Below are positions 38,452 through 51,102 of a stretch of 64,000 nucleotides of DNA, one piece after another. The position numbers were made by a program, and so were the translations under genes. Position 1 is the stretch's first letter. Each line of letters opens with the position of its first letter. The DNA is from Amphiscolops sp. MND2022. Lineage: Eukaryota. The notes beneath the pieces were generated by a model that saw nothing but the letters and a program-made list of their open reading frames with translations, did not search any database and was not told the DNA's origin. The stretch covers positions 50,222,001 through 50,286,000 of the forward strand of contig OZ076413.1 in assembly GCA_964187785.1 (NCBI GenBank), read 5' to 3'.

Positions 38452-39252
38452 GAGAGAGAGTAAGCTGTAGGGGTAATGGGAAAGGTGAACGGCTGAGTTG
38501 AGTAGTAGCAGGTGGTTGAGTTGATTGTTGAACAGCGGCTGAAGTGGCATGCAAGGTAGATGGAAACGTGTGGGTGGCAAATGAAGTGGCTGAAAACGTT
38601 TCGGAAGCGTGAATGGTCAAGGCGAGGCAGGCAAATAGTAAGCAGTCGGAAGTTGAAGTCTATTTATAGTAACTGTCGGTCAGCCACGTCATCCGTGTGG
38701 TGCGCATATAGTGGAATGTTTGTTTAAGCAACTTTTCATCGATCATCGGCAGGTGATTGATTTGTTGCGTTGCCATAGTGAAAGTCAGTTGAGTATTTAT
38801 TGCTATTGAAATTGAATTTGAGCCTGTTCGAACTTGAAATTATCCACCTTCGTTTGTCGACCGTTGGATTTGCTCATTCTTCCACAATGATAAAAATAAT
38901 CTATTTTGTTTTCCTTGGTTGGTCCTGTATTTTTCGGGTGTTGATTGTATTAAGCACAATTCTGGGGGGATAGATGGGCTTTTTTGGCTAGGAAAACTTC
39001 GGCTGCTTTCTTTCTGCTAATTGTAAATAGCATTTGAGTTCTTCGTGTTGAGTCCACACTGTGGGTCCGTTAATGTCCAGTGTTGCTTGAGTAAGACTGT
39101 TTGATGGGGAGGTCGGGTATCCATTGTGTATTGATATAGGTGATCAGTCTATAACAACAGTAAATGGAAGAATGAGCTGTTGCAGTCGTGTTTTTCGTCG
39201 CCTTGTTGTTTGGAGCCCTGTTATTTATCCTGTTAAATTGTTATCCTCGATA

Positions 39253-42200
39253 ATGTCGGAAGATGAGGGAGAGCTTTCTTTTGGACCTGGCCTGTCTGAG
39301 CTAGTTGCCGTCGTGGAGCAGCAAATGGCGTCTTCGAATCCTCCTTTAGATGGGAGTGGAGGTGGTCTGGATTTGCCAGAAATCTTGATGGCTACTAGTC
39401 ACTGCTGTCAATTCACTTCGCGGGTTTCGTCCGCGAATATTGTTGGTCTGAGTGACCTGCTGGATGTCGTGCTTTCCCAGGAATTCGGTAAGTTTTGATC
39501 TCAGAGCTTTTCTTTTCATAAGTGGGAGGTCCAAAGTGTCTCATCGTGGGGTCGCCATCTATGAGGGCTAAACCCGTCACATCTGGAGGTTTGTGACGTT
39601 CTTGTGCCATTTGGTTCATTTTTGTTTATAGCCGACGTCGACATGTCTGAGTTGATTGCATACCTACGCCACTTCCGATCGTCTGTGGCAAGTGGATCCT
39701 CAGGGAGTTTAGAGTCGACTCCAATACTGCGGCGATTGGATGCCTTCTTGTCGTCGCATCTCGGTAGGTGTACTCACTGCTGTGTTTTCTAAGTTGTTTC
39801 GTCTACTGAGTTGTGTAGGGGGTATTGCTTATTGTGTTTCCATACCATTGCACTGTCAGGGGGTGGGGGTGCCGTCAGAGTTCAGGTGTTCAGAAGCGGT
39901 GAGCGCCGGTGGTCAGTTGTATCCTAAGTAGTCACAGCTATTCGGGTATGTTATATTTACAGATGCTGGTGTGTCAGGTCAGTTTACAGAATTGTTCACT
40001 CGGGTTGAGCATGACATACAACAGTGGGTGAAGGCAGCTGTGGAATCGAGTCTCGGCAAGTTGGGGACGGTGCGTGCCCTCGCCGTCGAGGAATTCCTTG
40101 ACAAATTGAAAGCTGCGATCCAGGAACTGTGTCATCCGCCAGTCATTCCTCCGGTCAATGATGTTCTGCCGCGTCCACCATCCGTAGCTGGCAGTATAGC
40201 TGGAGTGGAGGGCTTCCGGACTGGTGTGTGTTCAGATGTGCCGCCCACGGAATTCGGGGAACGCAGTGTGATAGTTCCGTCGGGTGCTCCATCCTCTTCT
40301 GCTTCTGGCGTTGCGACGACGTCAAAACCTGGTAATGAATCTCATAAGATCATGTGGGGGGGTTTTAGTGGTAATTGTTAAATTATTGAATAAAATATGC
40401 TACTAGGGTGTTAAGGACAAACACAGGTTTTTGTTTTGTGTTTTTTTTGTGTTTTTGTTTTTGTTTTTTTTTGAAGGTTTTAAGGTTTCTAAATCAGTTT
40501 GTTTAGCTGGTTGTGGTTGTGTTTACAGGACGGAAACGTGCGATCAAAACTTTAAAGCCGTCATTCTTCGTGTCAGGCGTTGTGGGGACCTTTGATGGTT
40601 TCCCGAGGAACAAGCGGGTCATAGACGGCTATGCCAGATGTCGCCTATGTCGCGTGGACCTGAGCATTGATGGGCGAGGCCTCCACAATTTGTGGGACCA
40701 CTGGAAGGGGAGAGAACACACTCGCCTCGAACAGCGTTTCCGAATTATGTCAAATCGACCTTTGCTAGACAAGTCCTGCAGGCCAGTGTCGTTAGAAGAT
40801 GACAGGCGAATTCGTGCTGAAAGGATGTCGGAGCCTCCCATCATTCTAGAGTCGGAATTCAAGCTGACAGTAGAAGAGCGCATCGCCATAGAGATTGAGG
40901 AGGAGGCCTCTGGCGCGAAACCGCAATTGTCTGAAACAAGTGCTGCATACCTCTGGTTATGTTGCTTCATCAACGGCTTCGTCGAACTTCGTGACTTCGC
41001 TAGTGTGACCCGCTTTGTGGAGTCGTGGTCGAGCAGTATGCGTGGCGAGGTCGTCTTTGCAGAACGGGCATTGTCCTATTCGAAAAGTCAGGTAACATTT
41101 GTTTTTGTTTACTTTTTTATAAGTGTCGTGTGTTTTATTAAGAGCTTGAGTCTATGTCATGGTTTCTGGTTGTGTGTGTGTTGAGAGGTTTCGTGACTGC
41201 TAATGCGTATCGTGCGTTGTTTGTTGTTTTCAGAGTCTCGTCCTATACGGATTGTATCCCTTCGTCGTTGAGAAGCTGGGTGACCTTCTGTCCTCAGGAG
41301 TGCGCTTTGGTCTTCATGTTCGTGTGGACGGGGCTATGCGGAGGGTGTTGACGTCTTGTGTACTAGGTAGTTGTGTGGTATTGGTTTGCGTGTTTGCTGA
41401 TTGCCGTTCTTGTGTTTCAGTTGTTGCTGAGTGTCCTCGTCTGTGTAGCGCTGGTAGGGACCGGGATCTCTGGTTCGAGAGGGAGCTGGCAGCCTTCTTG
41501 CGTGTCTTGTTATCGATGGTCGTCAGCCCAGAGACAATTCCTCCTGAATTCGAAGTGCTCTCAGTGTTGAAGTTGAGGATTGGTGGGAGTATTCCTGTGG
41601 ATCAAGATCGTTACCAAGCTTTGTTTGGGCAATACTTTCGTTTCGATGTCAGTCGCCAGAAGCCATTTTTTTACAAGGAGGTCCAGAAGTTCCTTCGCAC
41701 TGTATGTGAAGCTTGCATAGCCGATTTTGACCAGGGATGGCTGAGACATCTGAGTTTGTTGCCTTTGGATCCGTGTGCCATCCAGTCGTGCTCCATGGAT
41801 CGTCTAACTGACGTCCTAGTTGGAACTTTGTCTGTCCTTAGTTTCGGGGACCTGTGTAGTGAGGAGGATGGGGCTGTGATCGTACAACAATATCGAGAAG
41901 TGGCAAGTTATTTCAAGCGACGATGGGAGTCAAGTGTTGCAACTGCGCCGGTTATTGAAGATGCTGTGTCCCTATGGCTGTCATACCCCTCATGGGACCG
42001 GTGCAAGGAGTTGCGAGACGTTATCGAAGTTCTTGTCGTTGGAATGCTGCATGATGTGTATCGGGTTGATTTCCATGATGTCGGAAATACTGTGTTAGAG
42101 AAGGGCATCATGTTGTCCAGTTTACATTTGGTGAGAAGTTGGATGGCGACAGGGTTCAGCGGGCATTCTCGTCTCTCGATGATAGGATTTGTCCGTCATT

Positions 42201-42727
42201 GCAGCAATACCGATATGCAGTCATCCCGTCTAGATGATGCTGTTCGTGGTATCCCGTGGGATCAGCTTGTGAAACGAGGAGTGGATGAACTTTTTGAACG
42301 GTGTGTTGGTGTCCTCGAATCCACTGGAGGTCTTCCGTCGCGGCCTGCCGTTGATGATTATCGGTCAACTGTTTGCGACCAGTTGCGTTCCATGGAGTCT
42401 AGTCCTGTAGTCAGTCGTCGTAGTCCGGCTAAAGGGAAGTCTTCCGCAACACAGGTGCCCCGATTACAAACTGAAGTTGTTTTATCGACGTTAACACCGA
42501 GTGCATCTGGCTCGAAGCGGAAAACCGTCAGTGTTCGGGCGTCAGGACGAGGAGGGAATCGGGGGCAGAGAACCGGTGGTCGTCCGATAAGAGAGGCAGA
42601 GCAACTTTGGCGAGTTTTAGTGACGAGACAGTTGAAACTGGTAGGCGGTCCTTTACAATCGAGGAAGACAGTAACGAGGGTGGCTCCTCATACTCAAAAG
42701 AGTATTAGTCGAAACCTTTCAAACTGA
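39253..42727 (+). CDS. Antisense multi-exon gene (~910-930 aa) with a C2H2/BED-like zinc finger, inside the retrotransposon
   Basis: Exons 39253-39487, 39632-39763, 39963-40331, 40529-41091 and 41234-42727 join in frame through GT-AG introns (phases 1,1,1,0). A probable further 54-nt in-frame intron lies at 41367-41420. Zinc finger CRLC-x16-H-x5-H. Confidence 0.85.
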
Positions 42728-45700
42728 AGCAGACTTGCTTTGCAGATTTTCTTGAAATTTTTGATATTTATTTTATTTGTGTATCACTTGGATGATTGCG
42801 TTTGTTAGTGGATTTTTTTTGTATTATTACTTTGCCGAATTTTGCTGTTGTTTATTAGTATTGAGCTCATTCAGTAATTGGGTCCTGGTGGTTTCTACCA
42901 TCATAGTGAACTTTTCTTGTTTTCCGTAGTACTGAGCATTTAAGGTGTTACAATGGTGTTTTGCATGTTGTATGTGGTGAAAAAAAAATGAATTTTTTGT
43001 ATGTTGCGGTGTTCGCATTGACTGCATGTACTCGTCATTTTTTCTTCGTTGGTCTAATCTAGTCTGGGAACGATTTGCTTTTCTGTAGTGCATGAAATCT
43101 AGGGTTGTTTTAAACGGTTTCTTACTTCTCGTGTTTTTTGAGTATATATATGTTCATGATGCTAAATTACCTCTATCGTTCTTGGGTGTTTGTATGGGGT
43201 TACCCATACCTTGGCTATAATTTCATGCGGCGTTCCGCTCTATTTGTTACGTCGTCTTAAGTGAATTTTTTCGGAAAGTTCATGTTGGTTATGGTGGTCA
43301 CTGCGGTAACCACTGACATGAAAATTGTTCACGCGCCAAGCTGTGCTGCGCATGGTACTCGAAAGTCAAGTCCTCCTATTCGTTGTTAGTGAATGCTCGA
43401 GAATGGTAACGAGACAGGGTGACTGTGGCTTTCGGTCCTTAGCACCGCGCCGCGAGGTACGTGACTGAGCAGCTCGCTCATTTCAAAGACTGAATTCCCA
43501 AGGGGTGGGTCCTTGACTTGATACATGACTTATTAGGTATGCATGTAAGTTTTACGTGTTATAGGTTTTAGGGACTACTTTACATGTATTTTGGTGTGTT
43601 TCGATTTATTACATGCAGCGGTCTGTGTTTGCGACGTCATCATCGTTGATGTGTGTCCTGGGACGTCATCACACGTGATGTGTGTCGTCGAGATCGCGAG
43701 TTCTTACGTTATGTTAACTGCAGTGGTACCGAGTTGTTAGGCTGAGAAGGATGGACATGTTTAGGTTTCGTCGTTAAGTAGCCTTTTGGGGCCGCGTACT
43801 CCCTAATCTTTTCCCTAATGAGGCGAAGCCTTCGCATCCTAGGTTACGTTTAAGGGGCCGGGCGATCATTGCTTTCAGGAGTTGGTAAGTTCTTGTTCTT
43901 ACCGGCGTTTTGTTAGCTTTTAGTGATTGGTTTTTAGTTTAGATGTTCAGTTCATTGGAAAAGGTGAATTCCCGTCGGAACCACCTATGCAAAACTAACG
44001 CTGAATCCAGTTGCTAAAGAGCAACCTTCATCTGTATGTATGACCAACCACACAAGCACGCTTTTTGACGACGCACCCACACAGCCAGGACTATGCGTCT
44101 AAAGCGAAATAGGTGGAGAATTGGTTATGTTGTCCTAACGTTTGCCAGGCAGCAGATCATCACTGTTAGTTTGTTGCATTTGTAGGGAACGTTGTTTTCG
44201 TTCACGCTTCGTTAGTTATGCATTGATTTTTTTCTAAGCAAATTGCTTTAGTTTCGGTTGTGGATGTAGTAAATTTGGTGCGAATTGAATAAATTATCGT
44301 TCACACTTTTGCGCGTTACATGTACTTCCGGACCGCGAGTGTTGGAATGATAGGCGTGTGCAGTCGTTACTTTACTATTTGCTTAATCCGCTAGTGATTG
44401 ATGCTGATAAATTAGATAGTTTACACAGCGACGACGGAAGTGAATGGTCGTTTAGTCATGTTAATTGAAGTGTTTGCTAGGTTGTTCAGAATTTTCACTA
44501 TTGTTTGTTGAATGCTTGGTGTACTAGGGTGTAATTGTAAAACAATTACCTTTACGGTCAGATGAAAAGGCTGTTGATGACTGCTGTTAGCAGTCGTTGG
44601 TTTAATAAGTGTGATTATGGGTGTGTGTTTTTATAGGTTTCTGTTTTTCAGAAGCAGCTGTTGAAGCGAAGGCGTTCCATGTAGTTCGTGCATCAGGAAG
44701 TCAGGGTACGTGGTAGGTTTTGGGTTGTGTCTGAGTCCGTACCGAGACATAGTGTGTCGTGATGTCGGTGGAGGGTGGTCATTTGTTTGGTATTCATTGT
44801 TGTTTGTTTCAGAATTATTCGTGCTAACGGTATCTGGTTGTGGTACTTGTGTTTCAGCTTGGCTTTCAGGTATGGAAATGTTTTGATCGGGTTCTATGCT
44901 TTGTCGTTCGTAGTATATCATTCCATGGTCAGCATGTAGTTCTTCGAAGTCCGATTGTTCAGGTATTGCTTGTTGTGGTTGTTCATGGACGTGATCGGGT
45001 AGGTGGTTGTCAAACAACTCCTGCTCGTTGAGGGCGTCGGGATCTTCAAAGTATTGTGATGTATTGTCTTGAATGTCTTCAATTGGTGCGTTTGGTGTAA
45101 ATGGGCGGAGCCTCATTCTGTGAACGCATTGAGTGCGAAGAGTTCCAATCTTACGTATAATGTAATTTGAATTGGACAAGACTTTGACCACTTTGTATGG
45201 GCCTTCCCACTTGAATTCCTTGAATGGAATTTTGTCAGATTGTTGAGACAGTCTTTTGTTTAGCAGAAAGGTGAAGTCATTTACTTTCAGAGGTGAAGCT
45301 TGCGCTTTTCGGTCGTAGTAATTCTTGTATTTGTGGAAGGCTTCGATTATGTTGTCATGTGTTTGTTGGAATTTTTTGTTCAGGTTATCGAGTATCTCAG
45401 TGACGTCGGTAGTGTTGCGTTGTTCAGTTAGTGGGTTTCCGAATTTGACGTCAAGGGCATTGAATGGAACACGTCCGTGGAAAATTTCAGTGGGTGTACA
45501 TCGAATAGCCTGGTGGTAGGTTGTGTTATGGGCCATTACGGCCATGTTGACGTATTTATGCCATTGTGGTGAATCAGCTGAGATGTTAATTTTAAGGATT
45601 TGCTTTAGTCTCTGGTGAGAACGTTCAACCATTCCGACCGTTTGCGGGTGTTTGACAGATGCGTGTGCGATTTTTATACCGGCAGACTCCATCAGGGAGT

Positions 45701-46003
45701 TGAACAGTTGGGCTGTGAACGTTGATCCTTTGTCAGTTAGGATTGTCTTGGGTACGTAGGAATGTTGTGTAAAAATTTGCATAAGTGCTTCTACGACCGA
45801 CTTTGTGTCCTGTTTACGGATAGGTATTGCGAAGAGGTACCTAGAAAAGTAGTCGCATGCAGTGAGTATGTGTGTGAATCCGTTGGAGGGTGGGAGTTCA
45901 CCGACTAAATCAATTTCTAGTATGTCTTCTGGTCCGTTACAAGGGTCATATATTTGTTGGAGTGGTGGTGTGATTGCAGCTTTTCGGATTGGTTTTGAGC
46001 GGA

Positions 46004-46218
46004 TGCAGTCCTGACAGTTCGAGACGTATTGCAGTACCAGTTCAGAGAGGTTCGGGGAGGAGTACCTTTTACGTAGCTCGTGGAGCGTTTTATTACAACC
46101 AGGGTGACCTCAGGTCACCCTGGTTGTAATAAAACGCTCCACGAGCTACGTAAAAGGTACTCCTCCCCGAACCTCTCTGAACTGGTACTGCAATACGTCT
46201 CGAACTGTCAGGACTGCA
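46004..46218. repeat. Perfect palindrome, 107-bp arms, 1-nt spacer
   Basis: 46004-46110 is the reverse complement of 46112-46218, centred on ...GGTGACCT C AGGTCACC... Confidence 0.95.
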
Positions 46219-49200
46219 AGGCTTGCAGAGGGTCATCGTGCAAAGATTGGATGATTTTTTGGATAGTTTCAGTAGGTGTGACAATTTGTTTACACTTAAT
46301 TTTACCTGTACCATCGAAAAAGTTCCTGTACAAAACGTTGTTCACTACTTCAAGTCTTTTCTTGTTTTTGACTAGTTTTTGGAAAAACTGACTTTCAAGG
46401 TTCACATGATTAGGAAGGGTTTCCTTTTGATTCAAAATTCTAATCATGCGTTGGATGTCAAGGTTTACGAGTTGATCCTGGATGCTTTGAAACTCCCCAT
46501 TGGGGCATACCTGGTTTACCACGTTGTCATGAAGCTTTCGCCTGAATCGGGTGAACTTCATCTCGTCATGCTGCCCTGTGATGATGGGTGTGATTTGATG
46601 ACGGATGGTTTCTATCCTCTCACGAAACTGTCCACTCGATTCGTCACTGCACATGGGGACCTGGTCCAGTATGGCGTTGATGGCTTCATTTTGTTTGGTG
46701 GTGGTGGTTTGTTGGTCATCAGGTATGTATTCTTCTTCTTCTTCGTCCTGCTTCGGTGTTCGTGACGCCAGATCGATCTCGACGTGAAAGACTGGTATCT
46801 CGTCGTTGAGTTTGAGGTGGATTCTCTCCTCTGGTCGTATGTCAAGACGAGACAGGTAGTCTGCAGCAGGATTCTCAGTTCCAGGAACATGGGCAAGTAC
46901 GAATTCGAATTGAAGCGTCTGATCGCAGTAATTCCATAGCTTCGGGGGAATTCGTTTGGACTGGAAGAAACGGGTCAGTGCTTTATTGTCCGTCATTACA
47001 ATTGTTGGTTTCTTGACACCCCAGAGTATGTGTGCGAATTCGTCGAATGCGAAATGCATCGCCAGGAATTCTTTCGCATACATTGTAAGTGACATTTGGC
47101 CCTCCGTGAATCGTTGGGATCCAAATGTTACTGGTGCGTACGTCTTCATTGGTCCGTCGTTAGTTTCGGTGTTGTCTTCTATCAGGAGGACATATCCTGC
47201 CGCGTGCTCGCTGGCGTCACACATTTTAACAAGTTGTTTGTCGGGTAATGGTAGGCGTAGTGAGAGTTTCGCAGCTTTGGCAAGGTTTTCGTTAATCTCG
47301 AAAATGATGTCCTTGTGTTGTTGGTTCAGCTGGAATTTCACATGTTTCTGTAGCAGTTTGTACAGTGGGGTGAGCTTTTCTGCCAGGCGTGGTATGTACT
47401 GCCTGTAGAACGGGACAAACCCGATGTACCTTTGGAGGGATTTGACTGATGTGGGTAGTTTGATCTTTTTGAGGAAGTCATCAATTTTGTCTTCGAGTGG
47501 GGCGACACCCTTTGATGTGATGCTTCTCCCAAGGAAATCAATTTGTGGGTGGCCAAACGCACATTTTGACATTGATAGTTTCAATCCTGCTTTCTGGATT
47601 TGCTGGAACACAGCTTCAATGTTGGACAGTAGTTCATCAACGGTGTGGGCAGCAATCCCAATGTCATCGACATATTGCGCGCATTTGTCCGCTTTCACGA
47701 GTGCATCAACGTATTCTCGTACTGTGCTGTTGAATGCTGACAAGGATCGGTTGAGTCCCTGTGCCAGTCGTAAATAAGCGAATGTGCGGCTGCCGAAGTT
47801 AAATGCCAGAAGTTGTATGGATTGCTCGTCCGCCATCTGCAGGCAGTGGTACGCCTGCGAACAGTCCAGCTTGCAGAAATACTTTTTTCCTGCCATGTGC
47901 TGGGCGGCGTCGGCGATGGTGGTTACTGGATGATTATGTTGGTTGTAATCATTTGTCAGGAGGTGGTTGATTCTGCGCAGGTCCACAAGTATGCGGAGTT
48001 TCCCGTTAGGTTTGCGCTGAGCGAATATTGGTGAGGAATACTTGCTGTATGGCAACGTCGTGATGATTCCGTACTCCTGCATCAGTGCTAGCTCGACGAG
48101 TAGGTCGTCTTTGAGATTTGTGGGTGTGGGTAAACTCTGCGCGTAGACTGGCTCATCGTGCTTCGGGATGAGTTTAATTTTGAAGTCGGTATTGATGCCT
48201 ATGTCAAGGCGGTGTCTGGCGAACACATTGTTATACTTCACAAGGAGGTTCTCAATCTGTTGTCGTTCGTGCTCATTCAGGATTGAGTTTTCCCATTTGA
48301 AGTTGGCAAGGAACTCCTTGCGTTGTTTGTCGTCTGCTGTTGGATCCAGTTTCTCTTCCTCACGGAGTTTAGTGATTTCGTCATATATCCGCCTTTCAAT
48401 GCGGTTCAACTTGGACGGGTCATCACAGGTCTCCAGTGTTGGGTACCATCGGCGGTTGGTTTCGGTGCCGGGCTCCTGGAACAGCTGGTTCAATACATTA
48501 TCAGCTTCGTCTGGTTATTTGGTGATCAGTGTCAATTGTTCGTTTGACATCGGTTGTAGGTTCTTTGCCTGGTTGGGAGTCATTATTCTGAATGTGGCCA
48601 CTGTCGTGTTCGGGTTGAGGGTGATTGTGTGACAGGTGAGGTTGGTGATCTGGACATGGCTTTTCATCTCAGTGATTTGTGTTAAAGCAGGGGACACTAG
48701 TAGTTGGGTCTTCCTTTCAAAGGCTGGAAAGGTTTCTACAGTGCCCTGGATTGTCCCGAAGTCCTTTTCTGCTATGACGGGGACCATGATTTGGTGATCC
48801 GGTTGTATCACTATCTTCTGCGATGTGCGTAGTTCGAGCATCTGAACTTTGTATCGGCCTCTTTCTGGTTTAAATTGAAGGGTAATGTCTGGGAATTTGA
48901 CCACGTTTTTGGCAAGGTCAAGCGTCACTGAGTATTTCTTGAAGAAGGACATTCCGATCAAGATGTTGCCCATGGTTGGTAGAATCATAAAGGTTTCCTC
49001 GAATACTTTACCACCGATGAAAAAGCGGAGTAATACCTGTTTCCGGACTGGGACGATGCTCCCGTTGGCAATTTGGACTTTGAAGTCCGGTGCTGGGTAC
49101 TCTTCAAGAAGTGCTGCTGGATGAGCTGACAAGATTCGTCTGAGTTCGTCTTCTGACATGGCACTTCTTATTGCTCCCGTGTCGAGGAGTCCATGGTTCT

Positions 49201-49563
49201 CGTATGCTCTGAATTGTAATGGGACGTATAACATCTTGTCCTTTTTGTTTAACTGAAGTGTTGCTGTTAACACCTGGATCGCCACGTCCTTCTTTCGGTT
49301 TGTTGTTTTCCTTGTAGAGTCAGTTGTCTTGGTCGAGTTCGAGTGCTGTGTTTCTTCAGTCGTTTGTAAGTTCACATTTGCCGGTTCGGAGGTAGTCATC
49401 GCATCTTCATGAGTCGTTTCTTTGGTAGTTTTGTGGGTGGTTGTAGTCATGGGTTTTTGATCCTGCCGAAGATCTGTTGCCCGGGTTTTGTAGTTTTTTG
49501 TATAGTAGTAGTTGTTTGTGTTGCGCACTTTGTTGTTGTAGTAGTCTGTCGGATGACGTGGCT

Positions 49564-51102
49564 CTAGAAGTTTTTTGGCTGGCTGGATGGTGCTTCTGTG
49601 AAGTCCTGTGGGTAGTAGTCATCGTTGGTTTGATGTTGTTGTTCCCCTGGTGTGAACTCATTCATTTCATTGGTTGGGTAGGGGCTGTTTTGTGCTCTTC
49701 TGAAGTCACGTCGGAAGTCCCTATTCTCGGTTGTGGTTTGTCTATTGTAGGGCACACTTCCATACGCTGAAGTTTGGGGGATTCTATAGCGGCAGTCTTT
49801 TGCGGAGTGGCCTGTATACCCGCAAATTTGGCAGACCAGTTTGGCGTTGTATTTTGTTTGTCTCTCTGCGTGGTTGTTGTTTTGTTGTTCGGGTTTTTTC
49901 TGCGCTTGTGAGTTGTTGTTGCCCGCTGCTTCGTCTCGTAATCGTTTGCGGCACTCGGCCCATTTGTGCCCGTAAATTGCACAGTATCTGCAATTGCCAT
50001 CAAATTTCTTCTTGATAGGTGGTCGCTCGTTTGTGTTTTGTTTCTGGACAACTGGCTTGGTCGGGACTTCTTGCGTCTGGATAGCTTGGTTGAATGGTTG
50101 GAGGAGTTGTTGATTTGGTAACAACTGAGCATACTGGCATCTCCTCTGAACGAACGTTTTAATGTCCTCGATACTGGCGTTGTGTTTTCCAGCGATTGCC
50201 AATTCATTTTGAAGCTGAATTGGTAGTTTGGCGAACAGGAAGGTTTGAACGATTTCCTGTGCCTTGTCTCCATATGCTTGTTTGGCAATCTTCTTGTAAT
50301 TTGCAAGGAAGGTACTGAATGACTCGGTAGTCGGGTCGTATCGGAGCTGATCGAGTTTGAATTTTGAGACTTCAGAGAGTTCTTCCTTCGCATATTCCTT
50401 CTTGAATGCCATTAGTATGTCCCTCAGTGTTGTTTCTGTTGTTATTGGTAGCGTCTGCCAAAACTCGATTGCATCATCTCTGAGCAGACTCTGGAAGTAA
50501 TTGATTTTTTGTTCCTCAGTCAGCTTGTGTGCGTGAGGGCGTAGGTGGTTGAGCAATAAATGCTCAAATTCGTTGTACTTGTCTCGATTTCCTTTGAATA
50601 GGGGTACTTGGGTCTGCAGGATTTTGGGTTGGGTTAATGTTTCTTCCATTGTGCTGCGGAGATGGTGGATTTCTGTCATCACATCAGCTATCTGCGGAAT
50701 GCTGGAGTTACTTTGTGGTGTCCCATTGGGTGGTGTTGTCCGGGAACCTGATGGTCGTGGGTTCGTAACTCCTGTCACCATGTCGGAACGACTGTTAGCA
50801 CTTGTAGTTGCTATGTTCGGTCTGTTCCCTTCTCCGTTAATGGAGGCAATCTGGTTTGTTAAGGTAAGGACTATACTTGTAAGGTCTCCAATTTGTCTAT
50901 TTAACTCATTAAAACGTTGATCGACACTATTGTTATGATTACCATGATGTCTGGTTAATACATCTTCGGAATCGAGATTCTCAATTTGGTCTCTGGATAA
51001 CACATCTGGGAAACTAGCATCGCTTTCACTGTCACTAGATCTATCCATATTTTGCGTTTCTATTTGCCTGTCACGATTACTTTGAGATCTGGTAGTTACC
51101 AT
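49564..51102 (-). CDS. gag: Gag (512 aa), two CCHC knuckles; starts within the 5' LTR
   Basis: Intact ORF with VPLFKG...YFQSLLRDDAIEFW capsid segment, CRYCAIYGHKWAEC and CQICGYTGHSAKDC. Confidence 0.95.
   Translation of the reverse strand: MVTTRSQSNRDRQIETQNMDRSSDSESDASFPDVLSRDQIENLDSEDVLTRHHGNHNNSVDQRFNELNRQIGDLTSIVLTLTNQIASINGEGNRPNIATTSANSRSDMVTGVTNPRPSGSRTTPPNGTPQSNSSIPQIADVMTEIHHLRSTMEETLTQPKILQTQVPLFKGNRDKYNEFEHLLLNHLRPHAHKLTEEQKINYFQSLLRDDAIEFWQTLPITTETTLRDILMAFKKEYAKEELSEVSKFKLDQLRYDPTTESFSTFLANYKKIAKQAYGDKAQEIVQTFLFAKLPIQLQNELAIAGKHNASIEDIKTFVQRRCQYAQLLPNQQLLQPFNQAIQTQEVPTKPVVQKQNTNERPPIKKKFDGNCRYCAIYGHKWAECRKRLRDEAAGNNNSQAQKKPEQQNNNHAERQTKYNAKLVCQICGYTGHSAKDCRYRIPQTSAYGSVPYNRQTTTENRDFRRDFRRAQNSPYPTNEMNEFTPGEQQHQTNDDYYPQDFTEAPSSQPKNF
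49570..49576 (-). promoter_or_regulatory. -1 ribosomal frameshift slippery heptamer A AAA AAC
   Basis: In phase at the end of gag (CCA AAA AAC TTC TAG). The -1 frame is open into the protease ORF (KLLEPRHPTDYYNNKVRNTNN...). Confidence 0.85.
50768..50780 (-). promoter_or_regulatory. Primer-binding site (probably tRNA-Leu), within the gag reading frame
   Basis: TGGTGACAGGAGT immediately follows the LTR-terminal CA. It resembles the complement of tRNA-Leu 3' ends and encodes M-V-T-G-V. Confidence 0.8.

Larger units (their letters stand above)
44631..49576 (-). pseudogene. pol: pol (protease, RT, RNase H, integrase), nearly intact
   Basis: LLDTGA, QYVDDI, MCDASEHAAG, LEIDLVG, LTDKGS, MVERSH and WEGPYKV motifs. 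Lesions seen: one in-frame TAA at 48515-48517 and an inverted duplication at ~46.1-46.2 kb. Confidence 0.95.

Noticed and set aside
43810..43850. CTAATGAG plus hairpin resembling a hammerhead ribozyme
   Set aside because: Lacks the exact CUGAUGA core and the GAAA motif after the stem.
46379..50920. Plus-strand ORFs opposite gag-pol
   Set aside because: Shadow ORFs of the coding strand, with no motifs or splice continuity.
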